Shown here: positions 20,154 to 30,802 of the stretch, piece by piece
Position numbering within the stretch: position 1 is the stretch's first letter
How the letters are laid out: the number at the start of each line of letters is the position of its first letter
Source of the DNA: Betaproteobacteria bacterium
GTDB taxonomy: Bacteria > Pseudomonadota > Gammaproteobacteria > Burkholderiales > SG8-39
Direction: 5' to 3'
NCBI GenBank assembly: GCA_947474715.1
Contig: CANJJT010000004.1
Location: 33,353 to 97,352 of the forward strand
DNA length: 64,000 bases
Program-made: the position numbers and the translations under genes
Notes under the pieces: generated by a model
The model's database searches: none
Told to the model about the DNA's origin: nothing
What the model saw: only the letters and a program-made list of their open reading frames with translations

Positions 20154-21122
20154 TCAGTCGTCCGCCCTGATGCCGTGGGCTTTGGTGATGGCGGCCCACT
20201 TGGCCACTTCCTTGCGAGTGGCTTCGGCAAACTGCTCCGGGGTGTTGGCCACGGGTATGGCACCGACTGCAGCCAGCCGTTCCACCGATTCCGGGGAGCG
20301 GATGATCTTTACCAGTTCCGCGTGCAGCCTGTCGATGATGGGCCGGGGTGTGGCAGCAGGGGCGAGCAGGCCGTAGAACGAACTCGACTCGAAACCTGAA
20401 AAGCCGGATTCATTGAACGTAGGCAGGTCGGGCAGCAGTGGCAGGCGGGTGGACCAGGCTACGCCGATGGGGCGCAGCTTTCCAGACCGGATCTGCGAGA
20501 GAAAGACGCCCGTATTGGCAAACAGCAGATGTGTCTCTCCGGCCAGCATGGCGGTCACGGCAGGCCCTGCGCCCTTGTAGGGGACGTGGGTCACCTTGGT
20601 GCCGACTTCCTGGGCAAACATCACCAGTGCCAGGTGGCCGCCGGAGCCATTGCCCGAAGAGGCCCAGCTGATTTTTCCGGGATTGGCCCTGGCGTAGGCG
20701 ACCAGTTCCTGGATGGTTCTGGGCGCAAACGATGGATGTGCAACCAGCACGTTGGGCACCGTCACGAAATTCGTCACCGGTGCGTAGTCCTTGACCGGAT
20801 CGTAGGGCAGCTTGTCGTACAGCAGGGTAGGGAAAAGGTGGGTGTTGGTGCTGCCCACCAGCATGGTGTATCCGTCCGCGGGAGATTTCGCCACGGCCTC
20901 GGCGGCCACCAGCCCGCCGCCACCGCCGCGATTCTCATAAAGGATCTGCTGGCCCAGTACATCGCCCAGCTTCTGGGCGATCGGCCGCGCGATCACGTCC
21001 GTTCCGCCGCCTGGGGCAAATGGAATGATCCAGCGTATGGGCTTGTTCGGATAAGCTCCCTGGGACAAGGCGACATTGTGAAGCGCCAACGACAGCAGTA
21101 CCACGGTGAGTCTGCGAAGCAT
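20154..21122 (-). CDS. Bug/TctC solute-binding protein
   Basis: YPNKPIRWIIPFAPGGGTD and HVPYKGAG motifs. Confidence 0.93.
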   Translation of the reverse strand: MLRRLTVVLLSLALHNVALSQGAYPNKPIRWIIPFAPGGGTDVIARPIAQKLGDVLGQQILYENRGGGGGLVAAEAVAKSPADGYTMLVGSTNTHLFPTLLYDKLPYDPVKDYAPVTNFVTVPNVLVAHPSFAPRTIQELVAYARANPGKISWASSGNGSGGHLALVMFAQEVGTKVTHVPYKGAGPAVTAMLAGETHLLFANTGVFLSQIRSGKLRPIGVAWSTRLPLLPDLPTFNESGFSGFESSSFYGLLAPAATPRPIIDRLHAELVKIIRSPESVERLAAVGAIPVANTPEQFAEATRKEVAKWAAITKAHGIRADD

Positions 21123-21243
21123 GTTTCTCTCCTCCTCTTCATATGATCCGCGCAGCGTGAATGGTGTCTTTCACCGCAGGGGCCTGTGCAGCATGTTTGT
21201 GCCTGCTGCTTTTCTGCTAATGTAATCTCGCAGTCAGGGGTGG

Positions 21244-21621
21244 TCAATGCTGGGAATGCTCACCCTCCCGCGCATTCACCAGGATGTGCAGCAGTTTTTT
21301 CATGCGTTCCGGATCGGCATCTGTCAGCACGGGGCTGCCGCTGACCTCCAGGTGCAGTTCTCCGCGAAAATAGGGCTTCAGGCGAAGTGCCATGGCTCGA
21401 ACGAAAGCGAGCATTTGCACGGGACTTGCAGGCTCCGGGGGGCCGTGCGTCGATGTTCTCATGCAGGTGCCCGAGCGTATTGCTGAGGCGTGGGCCGCCC
21501 TCAGGCTGGCCAGCGAATCAAAGGCGCCGATACGAACTTGCCGGAGAGCGTCCTGATGACTGCGTCGGTGGCGAAACAGCACCCACCGTGCCGGCAGGGT
21601 TGCCAGCACGGTCAATACCAT
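21244..21621 (-). pseudogene. Possible truncated histidine-kinase-like fragment
   Basis: The C-terminal DADPERMKKLLHILVNA resembles a HATPase N-box, but no G-boxes follow. Confidence 0.3.
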
Positions 21622-21748
21622 TACCGCATAGACGAACTCGGATAAGGCACCTCCGCATGTCAGGCCGCGAGGCGGCCTGATGCAGCTTGGAGCGGCGCCA
21701 GTTGCGCAAGTTCAAACCCTGTTCAGTCCTGGTGCAGCCTGCAACCAC

Positions 21749-22213
21749 TCAGGAGGCTGGGCGGCATTTCACCATGCGCAAGGGGCTGTACTCGATGGCT
21801 ACGCTGCCATCCTGTTTGCGGATCACGTTACGGGTCCGCACCAGCCCGCGGCCCGGACGGCTCTTGCTGGGACGTGCTTCGACCACTTCGCATTCGACGT
21901 GGATGGTGTCACCGGCAAACACCGGACCCTTGATGTCGAACTGCATGCCGAGAAATGCGTAGGCGGTGTGCTGCATGGTGGCCTGGATCAACAGCCCCTC
22001 GGCGAAGGCGTAGGCGAGCATGGCCGGAGCAAGGCGCCCCTTGATGTCGGATTCGTTCTTCATGAATTCGGCATTCGTGAACAGCACTTCGACCATGCCG
22101 GTGCAGTTGACGAAATTGACGATGTCGACCTCGGTGATGGTGCGGCCTATGGTCTTGAATTTCCTTCCGACCGGCAGATCTTCGAAATGCAGGCCCAGTC
22201 CGAGTGTTTCCAT
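21749..22213 (-). CDS. MaoC-family (R)-enoyl-CoA hydratase/dehydratase
   Basis: FEDLPVG, GRTITEVD and GPVFAGDTI hot-dog fold motifs. Confidence 0.88.
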   Translation of the reverse strand: METLGLGLHFEDLPVGRKFKTIGRTITEVDIVNFVNCTGMVEVLFTNAEFMKNESDIKGRLAPAMLAYAFAEGLLIQATMQHTAYAFLGMQFDIKGPVFAGDTIHVECEVVEARPSKSRPGRGLVRTRNVIRKQDGSVAIEYSPLRMVKCRPAS

Positions 22214-22489
22214 GCGGCTTCTCCCTCTATTGCTATGTCAATGTGGTTTTGTCCATGAGCACGGGTGGTCCGGCATGCCGGATTCGCGGCTGACAGGCAG
22301 TGGCGCGTAAAATCAACAGGGCAGGAGGATAGCATCCGGCTTCAGCCGTGCAAGGCTGGCCACCCTCATGCTGCGAAACCTTGAGGGGTGGGTTGCCGTC
22401 TGGTACAACGACCCCGCCACCAAGGTCGCAGAGGGATCGATGTCCGGACCAGCTGCGACACACAACAATCACGAACAAAGGAGAGCGAG

Positions 22490-23641
22490 TTGGGTCCTCT
22501 TGCAGGCATGAAAGTGATCGAGATGGCGGGCATCGGCCCTGGTCCCATGGCGGCAATGCTGCTGGCCGATCTGGGGGCCACGGTATTGCGTATCGACAGG
22601 ACTGTGCCCAGCGGTCTGGGGCGGCCACGTCCGCTGCGCTTCAATCTGGCCCTGCGCGGCCGCAAGGCGATTGCGGTTGATCTGAAAGATCCGAAGGCCA
22701 TGGCATTCGTACTGGACCTGATTGCCGATGCCGACGTGTTGATCGAAGGGTTCCGTCCCGGTGTCATGGAAAGGCTGGGACTGGGGCCGGATGTCTGTCT
22801 TGGGCGCAATGCCGGACTGGTCTACGGGCGGATGACGGGCTGGGGGCAGGAAGGACCTTTGAGCCAGGCAGCGGCGCATGATCTGAATTACATCGCCTTG
22901 ACGGGAGCGCTCAATGCCATCGGCCGGCGTGATGGTCCGCCAACGCCGCCGCTGAACCTGGTCGGTGATTTTGGCGGTGGTTCGTTGTACCTGGTGTTTG
23001 GCATCATGTGCGCACTGTTCGAGCGGCAGCGCTCGGGCAAGGGGCAGGTGGTGGATGCTGCCATCGTCGATGGTGCCGCCTCGCTGGTGACCAGCCATTT
23101 CGGCCTGCACGCCGCAGGTCTGATGAGGGAGCGCGGCTGCGGCCCCACGGATAGCGGTTCCCATTTCTACGACAACTACCAGTGCTCGGACGGCAAGTGG
23201 GTGTCCATTGGCGCCATCGAAGGCAAGTTCTACGATGAGTTGCTCGAGCGCATGGGCTTGACCCATGAGCAATTGGGCGAGCAATGGGACGAGGACAACT
23301 GGGTTCGTGCCAAGGAGATCATGGCGGCCCGAGTGAAGGAAAAGACACGTGACGAGTGGGTGGCGCTGCTGGAGGGGACGGATGTCTGCTTCGCGCCGGT
23401 CTTGTCATTTGACGAGGCGCCGTTGCATCCGCATGCCAGGGCCCGCAATGCCTTTGTCGAGATCGATGGCGTGCCGCAGCCGGCGCCGGCGCCACGCTTC
23501 AGCCGTACCCAGCCGGACACGCCTGCGCCACCCGAGGCGGCTGGTCCGGAGAATGTGGATGCCGCCCTCGCCGGATGGGTGAGCCCGGCGCGCGTGGCTG
23601 AACTGAGGGAGCAAGGCGTATTGCAGCGGCCGACGGCATGA
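22490..23641 (+). CDS. Family III CoA-transferase / alpha-methylacyl-CoA racemase-like
   Basis: EMAGIGPGP, HDLNYIA, PPLNLVGDFGGG and PAPAPRFSRT motifs. TTG start after AAGGAG. Confidence 0.88.
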   Translation: MGPLAGMKVIEMAGIGPGPMAAMLLADLGATVLRIDRTVPSGLGRPRPLRFNLALRGRKAIAVDLKDPKAMAFVLDLIADADVLIEGFRPGVMERLGLGPDVCLGRNAGLVYGRMTGWGQEGPLSQAAAHDLNYIALTGALNAIGRRDGPPTPPLNLVGDFGGGSLYLVFGIMCALFERQRSGKGQVVDAAIVDGAASLVTSHFGLHAAGLMRERGCGPTDSGSHFYDNYQCSDGKWVSIGAIEGKFYDELLERMGLTHEQLGEQWDEDNWVRAKEIMAARVKEKTRDEWVALLEGTDVCFAPVLSFDEAPLHPHARARNAFVEIDGVPQPAPAPRFSRTQPDTPAPPEAAGPENVDAALAGWVSPARVAELREQGVLQRPTA

Positions 23642-23681
23642 CAAGACGCACTCAATTGACAGACCAACCAGCAGGTGAAGC

Positions 23682-24881
23682 GTGAGCAATCAAGGCAGCC
23701 AGAGCGCGAAACAAGGAAAAGCAGCTCTCGGGGGCATTCGCGTCCTCGACATGACCCAGTTCATCCTGGGGCCGGTCGCCACCCAGATTCTTGGTGACAT
23801 GGGCGCGGAAATCATCAAGGTGGAGGCCCCCGGCGGCGACCAGAACCGTTATATCGGGCCCGGGCCGCACGAGGGCATGGCCGCACTGTTCCTCGGCATG
23901 AACCGCAACAAGCGCAGCGTCGTGCTGGACCTCAAGAAGCCATCGGCACGGGACATCCTGTTTCGCATGGTGGCGCAGGCCGATGTCTTCACCCACAGCC
24001 TGCGACCGGAAGCGGCCGAGCGCCTTGGTGTTCATTATGAAGGCATCAGGAAGCACAATCCGAAGATCATCTACGCCAGCGCCCCCGGATATCGCTCCGA
24101 CGGGCCGCAGAAGAACCGTCCGGCCTACGATGACGTGATCCAGGGAGAGAGCGGCATAGCGGATATGAATCTGCGTGCCAGTGGCGAGCCGCGCTACATG
24201 CCCACGGTCATTGCCGACAAGTTCTGTGGTTATGTGATGGCATCGGCCATCAGCATGGCATTGCTGCATCGGGAGAGAACCGGCGTTGGCCAGTCGGTCG
24301 AAGTGCCGATGCTGGAAACCATGCTCTCGTTCAACCTGATCGAGCATCTGTGGGAAAGGCAGTTCGATCCGAACGGCAAGATAGGCTACGACAGGGCGCT
24401 GATGGCGACGCGCAAGCCGTTTGCCACCAGCGACGGGCATGTCTGTCTCATGGTGACCACCGACCCGCAGTGGCAGCGACTGTTTGCCGCGATGAATCGG
24501 CCTGACATGGCAGCAGACCCGCGGTTCGCCACCGTCCAGTCAAGGTCGCGCTGCTTTGCCGAACTGTATGGCGCGGTGGCCGAGGAGCTGGCACGCAAGA
24601 CGACCCAGGAGTGGCGGGTTCTTTTCGATGCGGCGGACATTCCCAATTCCACGGCCAAGCGGCTGGCCGATCTGCCCACCGACCCTTATCTGGTCGAGAC
24701 CGGCTTTTTCCACCACTACAGCCATCCGGTGGCGGGTGACATGTTGACGCCATCCATCCCGGTCAAGTTTTCAGAGACTCCGGGTGTGATCAGGACGCCG
24801 CCGCCGCTGCTGGGCGAGCACACTGCCGAAGTGCTGGCGGAGCTGGGCTTTACCGCAGAGGAGATCGCCGGCGCATCCTGA
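23682..24881 (+). CDS. Family III (CaiB/BaiF) CoA-transferase
   Basis: NRNKRSVVLDLK, PAYDDVIQ, ADK and PPPLLGEHT motifs. Confidence 0.9.
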   Translation: MSNQGSQSAKQGKAALGGIRVLDMTQFILGPVATQILGDMGAEIIKVEAPGGDQNRYIGPGPHEGMAALFLGMNRNKRSVVLDLKKPSARDILFRMVAQADVFTHSLRPEAAERLGVHYEGIRKHNPKIIYASAPGYRSDGPQKNRPAYDDVIQGESGIADMNLRASGEPRYMPTVIADKFCGYVMASAISMALLHRERTGVGQSVEVPMLETMLSFNLIEHLWERQFDPNGKIGYDRALMATRKPFATSDGHVCLMVTTDPQWQRLFAAMNRPDMAADPRFATVQSRSRCFAELYGAVAEELARKTTQEWRVLFDAADIPNSTAKRLADLPTDPYLVETGFFHHYSHPVAGDMLTPSIPVKFSETPGVIRTPPPLLGEHTAEVLAELGFTAEEIAGAS

Positions 24882-24910
24882 TCTTGCGGCGCCGGCTCGC
24901 CCGGGCCGGC

Positions 24911-25762
24911 CTAGATCTGCGAGTAACCCGTTCCGGGGATCGTCACGCCCCGCCCCCTGGCTTCGGTGATCCAGCCGAATTCCTTGAGGATCTGCTGGCT
25001 GTAGGTGACGCGCCCGGTGATCTTCTCGATGGGCTGGCTGGCCAGTAGCAGTACTGCCTTGGCCATCATGCTCGGGTGTTCGGAGTTCGGGTCATCCATG
25101 CCGGTGACCAGCTTGTGGTGCACCGTTCCCGGGGTCGGCACCACCTGCGAGGGCGAGAGCGCCATCACGGCGATGTTGTGGCTTTCCACCTCCTGGGCCA
25201 GCCCCTGGGTGAAGCGCTCCAGCGCAGCCTTCGATGCGCCATACAAGGTCCCGCCGTAGCGATTGCCACGGCTGCCGTAGGGTCCGCGCCCCGGCCCGAT
25301 GGCGGCGCCCGAAGAAATGTTGATGATCGAGCCGCGACCCTTCTCGATCATCCCCGGGATGGCAAACTTCGCCAGCATGAAGGGGCCATGGACATTCACG
25401 GCAAAGGCCTTCATCCACTTGCGCACGTCGTACTCCGCCACCGGCACATACCAGTTCAGTGCGGCATTGTTGACCAGAATGTCCGCAGGACCGAAAGCAT
25501 CCCTGGCGGACTTGATGAGGTTCTGGCAATCGCCTTCCGCTGAGACGTCAGTGGCCACGGCCACGGCTTCGCCGCCGGCATCCTTGATGTTCTGCACGGT
25601 GCTGGAGAGGGAGCCTTCCAGCATGCGGTGATCACCTTCATTGATCGTGCGCGCGGCGCAGACCACCTTTGCGCCTTCGCTGGCCAGCAGCAGTGCAATG
25701 GATTTCCCGATGCCGCGACTGGCCCCAGTAACGATGGCAACTCGTCCGTCCAGCTTGCCCAT
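24911..25762 (-). CDS. SDR-family oxidoreductase
   Basis: TGASRGIG, NNA and YGASK motifs. Confidence 0.9.
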   Translation of the reverse strand: MGKLDGRVAIVTGASRGIGKSIALLLASEGAKVVCAARTINEGDHRMLEGSLSSTVQNIKDAGGEAVAVATDVSAEGDCQNLIKSARDAFGPADILVNNAALNWYVPVAEYDVRKWMKAFAVNVHGPFMLAKFAIPGMIEKGRGSIINISSGAAIGPGRGPYGSRGNRYGGTLYGASKAALERFTQGLAQEVESHNIAVMALSPSQVVPTPGTVHHKLVTGMDDPNSEHPSMMAKAVLLLASQPIEKITGRVTYSQQILKEFGWITEARGRGVTIPGTGYSQI

Positions 25763-25989
25763 TTTTCCCCCTTGGTCAGTGTTTTCATGGATGCCGTCCG
25801 TTGACAAATGCGGCGGCTCGATCAGGGGGGCAAGGGTAATTCAGCCGACCGGACGCTGCAACCGCCGCATGGTGAACCGATTTGTGACCACAGTCATCAC
25901 CGGGCTTGTCTCTCCAGGGAGCAGTTGAATGGCCGGTTATTTGATAATAAATTGCTTATAGGACTAATAATGAAAATAGGTACTACTCA

Positions 25990-26003
25990 AATATGATCAT
26001 ATT
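25990..26003. promoter_or_regulatory. Palindromic operator-like site in an AT-rich divergent promoter
   Basis: Perfect palindrome AATATGATCATATT between the SDR and phaC genes. Confidence 0.45.
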
Positions 26004-26140
26004 AAATGGTCATCATGGCATGATGAATCGGAGCGCACTTGTGCGTCCGTATGTCTGGTGCAGTGCAATAAACGGGTGTTAAACTGAACCCACAATCTTT
26101 CCTGAAATTCAACGCGATCCACTCTTTATTGATGGCTGGC

Positions 26141-27850
26141 ATGAATCCGATTCCTCCCTCGCCGTCAGCAATGTCCGCACAGGCACTCATGGAGAATTTC
26201 TTCAAGAGTCTTGCCGCGAGCGGGGATCCGAAGGTTCTGGAAGCCCTGCAGTCGGTCGGAAAGCCGTCCCCCGAAACGCTGAACAAGCTGGCGGAATTGC
26301 AATGGCAGTATTCCGCCGAGCACGTGAAGTTATGGGCGTCGCTGTTCGGCGGCGGCATGGTGCTTCCCGCTGGCGGCAGTCCGGAGGACCGGCGCTTTTC
26401 TGCGCCGGAATGGAAGCTGTCGCCGTTTCATGATTACGTGCGCCAAAGCTATCTGCTCAACGCCCGCTTCATCATCGATGCCATCGATGCGCTGGGCTTG
26501 AGTGAGCGCGACCGGGATCGCCTGCGTTTCGCTGCGCGTCAGATGACCGATGCGGTAAGTCCGGCGAATTTTGCCGCGACCAATCCCGAAGCGCTCAAGC
26601 TGGCTGTGGAAACACAGGGCGCCAGTCTGGTGGGCGGGATGCGCAACTTTCTGGAAGACGTGCAGAAGGGCCGCATATCGACCACGGACGATTCGGCATT
26701 CGAGGTGGGGCGGAATATCGCGACCACCGCGGGTGCCGTGGTCTATCGCAATGAGCTGATCGAGATCATCCAGTATCAGCCCCTCTCGGATGAGGTCCAT
26801 GCCAGGCCGCTGATCATCGTGCCGCCCTGCATCAACAAGTTCTACATCCTCGACCTGCAGCCGGATAACTCGCTGGTCCGTCATGCCGTGGAACAGGGCC
26901 ATCCCGTTTTCATGGTGTCCTGGCGCAACATCGGCCAGGAACAATCAGGCCTCACCTGGGATGATTACATCGACAAGGGCATCATCCAGGCGCTGGCGGC
27001 GGTACGGGATATCTCCGGGGCGAAGAAGATCAATGCACTGGGTTTCTGCATCGGTGGAACCTTGCTGGCATCCGCGCTTGCGGTGCTCTCCGCGCGCAAG
27101 CAGGAATGGGTCACGAGCCTGACCCTGCTGGCCTCCATGCTGGATTTTTCCGATACCGGCGAAATCGGGCTGTTCGTCGATGAGGCCGGTGTGGCGGCAC
27201 GAGAGGCGGCCATCGGGCAGGGCGGCATCATGCCGGGCAAGGAACTGGCGGTGGTGTTTTCCTCACTGCGCGCCAATGACCTGGTCTGGCCCTATGTGGT
27301 GAACAACTATCTCAAGGGTAACAGCCCCCCGGCCTTTGATCTGCTGTACTGGAACGCCGACTCCACCAATCTTCCCGGCCCCATGTATTGCACGTATATC
27401 CGCAACACCTATCTGCGCAATGCCCTGCGCGAACCCGGGCAACTGCAGATGCTCGGTGAGACGGTCGATCTCGGACGCCTGCGCATGCCGGCGTATCTGG
27501 TGGCGACGCGCGAAGACCACATCGTGCCCTGGGAGAGCGCCTATCTTTCCACCTCGCTGCTCAAGGGGCCCATGCGATTCGTGCTGGGTGCGAGCGGACA
27601 CATTGCCGGCATCATCAATCCGGCCTCCAGGAATCGCCGCAGCTATTGGACCGGGGAGGCCCTGCCTGCCGATCCCACGGCGTGGCTCAGTCAGGCCGTG
27701 GAGCATCCTGGTAGCTGGTGGACCGACTGGATCAACTGGCTTGCCACGCATGGCGGGCGCAAGGTCAAGGCGAAGAAGCAACTGGGTGGCGGGGGGCACA
27801 AGGCGATGGAGCCGGCACCTGGCTTGTATGTAAAGGAACAGGCGGCCTGA
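26141..27850 (+). CDS. phaC: Class I PHA synthase
   Basis: [12 protein letters not shown], lipase box GFCIGG, DLLYWN, EDHIVPW, SGHIAG and GSWW motifs. Confidence 0.96.
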   Translation: MNPIPPSPSAMSAQALMENFFKSLAASGDPKVLEALQSVGKPSPETLNKLAELQWQYSAEHVKLWASLFGGGMVLPAGGSPEDRRFSAPEWKLSPFHDYVRQSYLLNARFIIDAIDALGLSERDRDRLRFAARQMTDAVSPANFAATNPEALKLAVETQGASLVGGMRNFLEDVQKGRISTTDDSAFEVGRNIATTAGAVVYRNELIEIIQYQPLSDEVHARPLIIVPPCINKFYILDLQPDNSLVRHAVEQGHPVFMVSWRNIGQEQSGLTWDDYIDKGIIQALAAVRDISGAKKINALGFCIGGTLLASALAVLSARKQEWVTSLTLLASMLDFSDTGEIGLFVDEAGVAAREAAIGQGGIMPGKELAVVFSSLRANDLVWPYVVNNYLKGNSPPAFDLLYWNADSTNLPGPMYCTYIRNTYLRNALREPGQLQMLGETVDLGRLRMPAYLVATREDHIVPWESAYLSTSLLKGPMRFVLGASGHIAGIINPASRNRRSYWTGEALPADPTAWLSQAVEHPGSWWTDWINWLATHGGRKVKAKKQLGGGGHKAMEPAPGLYVKEQAA

Positions 27851-27899
27851 CAGCTTTCCGCTCCGGGAAGCCGGCTGGCCGCATGAAAAGGAGAAGTAC

Positions 27900-29078
27900 A
27901 TGACGGATGTCGTGATCGTTGCCGCCGGCCGGACGGCCATCGGTAAATTTGGCGGGGCCCTGGCCCATGTGTCGGCAGCGGACCTGGGCGCGCACGTGAT
28001 CCGCAGCCTGATGGCGAAGACCGGCCTCAAGGGCGAGCAGGTGTCTGAAGTGATCATGGGCCAGGTGCTGGCTGCAGGCACCGGGCAGAACGGCGCCCGT
28101 CAGGCAGCCCTCAAGGCCGGTCTGCCCGACAGGGTGCCGGCCATGACCATCAACAAGGTCTGCGGCTCCGGGCTCAAGGCGACCCACCTCGCGGCCCAGG
28201 CCATCCAGTGTGGTGATGCGGAAATCATCATTGCCGGGGGGCAGGAGAGCATGAGCCTGGCACCCCATGTGTTGCCCAATTTCAGGGATGGTTTTCGCAT
28301 GGGCGATGCCAAGCTGGTGGATTCAATGGTTGTCGATGGCCTGTGGGACATTTTCAACAACTACCACATGGGTGTAACGGCGGAGAACGTCGCTCGGCAG
28401 TTCCAGATATCCCGGACCGAACAGGACGAGTTTGCGGCGGCCAGCCAGCAGAAGGCCGAGGCTGCGCAGAAAGCCGGGCGCTTCCAAAATGAAATCCTGC
28501 CGCTGGAGATTCCCCAGCGCAAAGGGCCGCCGAAAGTTTTTGATATGGATGAGTACCCCAAGCACGGCACCACTGCCGAAACGCTGTCGGGATTGCGGGC
28601 TGCCTTCGACAAGGCGGGCACAGTCACCGCCGGCAATGCATCCGGGATCAACGACGGCGCTGCCGCGGTCATCATGATGTCGGCAGCCAAGGCCGAAGAA
28701 CTGGGATTGAAACCGCTGGCGAAGGTCAAAGCCTACGCGTCGGCCGGACTGGATCCCAAGATCATGGGCATGGGCCCGGTCCCTGCCTCCCAGCGCTGCC
28801 TGGCGCGGGCTGGCTGGAAGCACTCGGACCTGGACCTCATGGAAATCAATGAGGCCTTTGCTGCCCAGGCGATCGCCGTCAACAAGCAGATGGGCTGGGA
28901 TACCGGGCGTATCAATGTCAACGGCGGCGCCATTGCGCTGGGCCACCCTATAGGCGCCTCCGGGTGCAGGGTACTGGTGACGCTGTTGCATGAAATGCAG
29001 CGGCGTGACGCCAGGCGCGGCCTCGCATCGCTGTGCATAGGCGGCGGCATGGGTGTGGCACTGGCAGTGGAGCGCTGA
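27900..29078 (+). CDS. phaA: Acetyl-CoA acetyltransferase (beta-ketothiolase)
   Basis: [19 protein letters not shown] and CIGGG motifs. Confidence 0.96.
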   Translation: MTDVVIVAAGRTAIGKFGGALAHVSAADLGAHVIRSLMAKTGLKGEQVSEVIMGQVLAAGTGQNGARQAALKAGLPDRVPAMTINKVCGSGLKATHLAAQAIQCGDAEIIIAGGQESMSLAPHVLPNFRDGFRMGDAKLVDSMVVDGLWDIFNNYHMGVTAENVARQFQISRTEQDEFAAASQQKAEAAQKAGRFQNEILPLEIPQRKGPPKVFDMDEYPKHGTTAETLSGLRAAFDKAGTVTAGNASGINDGAAAVIMMSAAKAEELGLKPLAKVKAYASAGLDPKIMGMGPVPASQRCLARAGWKHSDLDLMEINEAFAAQAIAVNKQMGWDTGRINVNGGAIALGHPIGASGCRVLVTLLHEMQRRDARRGLASLCIGGGMGVALAVER

Positions 29079-29144
29079 AGCCAGGCGGGAAGGGGGCGCC
29101 ACCGTTACCGGTGGCGAACGGTAACCAGCGTGAACGGATAAGCA

Positions 29145-29891
29145 ATGACACTGGCGGGACGAGTGGCTCTTGTGACCGGGGGTATGGGTGGAATCGGCAC
29201 GGCGATCTGCAGGAGACTGGCTCAATCGGGGCTGCGGGTGGCGGCGGGATGTCCGAGGGATTATCCGAAGCGCGAGGAGTGGCTGGCGGCGATGCGGGGG
29301 GAAGGTTTCGACATGCATGCAGCCGAAGGCAATGTGGATGAGTTCCAGTCCTGCGTGGACATGATCGCCGCCGTGCGAACCAGTCTTGGTGAAGTCGATG
29401 TGCTGGTCAACAATGCCGGAATCACGCGCGATGGCCTGCTCCGGCGCATGAGCGCGGAAGACTGGATGGCTGTGATCAATACCAACCTGAATTCGGTTTT
29501 CAATGTCAGTCGCCAGGTGGTGGAGGGCATGGGTAGCCGCGGCTGGGGGCGCATCATCAATATCTCCTCGGTCAATGCGCTTCGCGGGCAGTTCGGCCAG
29601 ACCAACTATTCGGCAGCCAAGGCGGGCATGCATGGATTTTCCAAGGCCCTGGCGCAGGAACTTGTGGCCAAGGGCGTTACGGTAAACACGGTCTCTCCCG
29701 GATATGTGGCGACCGATATGGTCAAGGCGATGCCGCCGCATGTTCTGGAGCAGGTTACACGGGAGATACCCATGGGCAGGCTGGCCCGGCCGGAGGAGAT
29801 TGCCGGCCTGGTGAACTACCTGGTTTCGGAGGAATCGGCATACATTACAGGCGCCAACATCACCATCAACGGTGGCCTGTACATGGCTTAG
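29145..29891 (+). CDS. phaB: Acetoacetyl-CoA reductase
   Basis: TGGMGGIG, NAGITRD and GQFGQTNYSAAKAG motifs. Confidence 0.93.
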   Translation: MTLAGRVALVTGGMGGIGTAICRRLAQSGLRVAAGCPRDYPKREEWLAAMRGEGFDMHAAEGNVDEFQSCVDMIAAVRTSLGEVDVLVNNAGITRDGLLRRMSAEDWMAVINTNLNSVFNVSRQVVEGMGSRGWGRIINISSVNALRGQFGQTNYSAAKAGMHGFSKALAQELVAKGVTVNTVSPGYVATDMVKAMPPHVLEQVTREIPMGRLARPEEIAGLVNYLVSEESAYITGANITINGGLYMA

Positions 29892-29916
29892 ATCAATTCA
29901 AGTCACGGGGAACATC

Positions 29917-30660
29917 ATGAACAGCAGACTGGCAGTAATCACGGGTGGCATGGGCGGCCTGGGGGAAACCATCAGCGCAAAGATGGCCGATGCGGGTTAT
30001 CGGGTGGCAGTCACTTATTCACCCTCGAACCAGGGCGCCGACAAGTGGTTGGCGGCCATGAAGCGACGCGGTTACAACTTTCACGCCTACTGCGTGGATG
30101 TTTCGGATTTCGATTCCTGCACCCAGTGCATGGACAAGGTGGTCGTCGATCTAGGGCCGGTGGACATCCTCGTCAACAATGCCGGGATCACGCGCGACAT
30201 GACATTTCGCAAGATGACCAAGGCCGACTGGGATGCTGTCATGCGCACCAACCTCGATTCGGTATTCAACATGACCAAACAGGTCTGTGATGGCATGGTC
30301 GAGCGTGGATGGGGGCGCATCATCAATGTGTCGTCGGTGAACGGATCGAAGGGCGCCTTCGGGCAGACCAATTACGCTGCAGCCAAGGCCGGCATGCACG
30401 GGTTCACCAAGTCGCTGTCGCTCGAGGTCGCGCGCAAGGGGGTCACGGTCAACACCATCTCCCCCGGCTACATCGGTACCAAGATGGTCACCGCCATCCC
30501 GAAGGACATCCTGGATACCAAGATCGTTCCGCAGATACCCAATGGCCGACTCGGCAAGCCCGAAGAGGTTGCCGGCCTCATCATTTACCTGTGCTCCGAG
30601 GAGGCGGCATTCGTCAATGGTGCGAATATCGCCATCAATGGCGGGCAGCACATGCAGTAG
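29917..30660 (+). CDS. phaB: Acetoacetyl-CoA reductase, second paralog
   Basis: TGGMGGLG, GAFGQTNYAAAKAG and INGGQHM motifs. Confidence 0.92.
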   Translation: MNSRLAVITGGMGGLGETISAKMADAGYRVAVTYSPSNQGADKWLAAMKRRGYNFHAYCVDVSDFDSCTQCMDKVVVDLGPVDILVNNAGITRDMTFRKMTKADWDAVMRTNLDSVFNMTKQVCDGMVERGWGRIINVSSVNGSKGAFGQTNYAAAKAGMHGFTKSLSLEVARKGVTVNTISPGYIGTKMVTAIPKDILDTKIVPQIPNGRLGKPEEVAGLIIYLCSEEAAFVNGANIAINGGQHMQ

Positions 30661-30802
30661 GACTTCGCGGCTGGCTGGCCCGTTCTGCCGGGCTCGCCAA
30701 CCCGCCTTGTTTTGGTGTATGGTGCCTCGCAGTAGCCCCGGTCCATGGTGTTCGACCCTGGCCGGAGGCCCGAAAAACTTCGAGACTTCAAATGGCGGCT
30801 CC

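Noticed and set aside
22359-22392. Hairpin CCACCCTCA...TGAGGGGTGG as a riboswitch or sRNA
   Set aside because: It is a single imperfect stem in GC-rich DNA with no recognisable aptamer motif.
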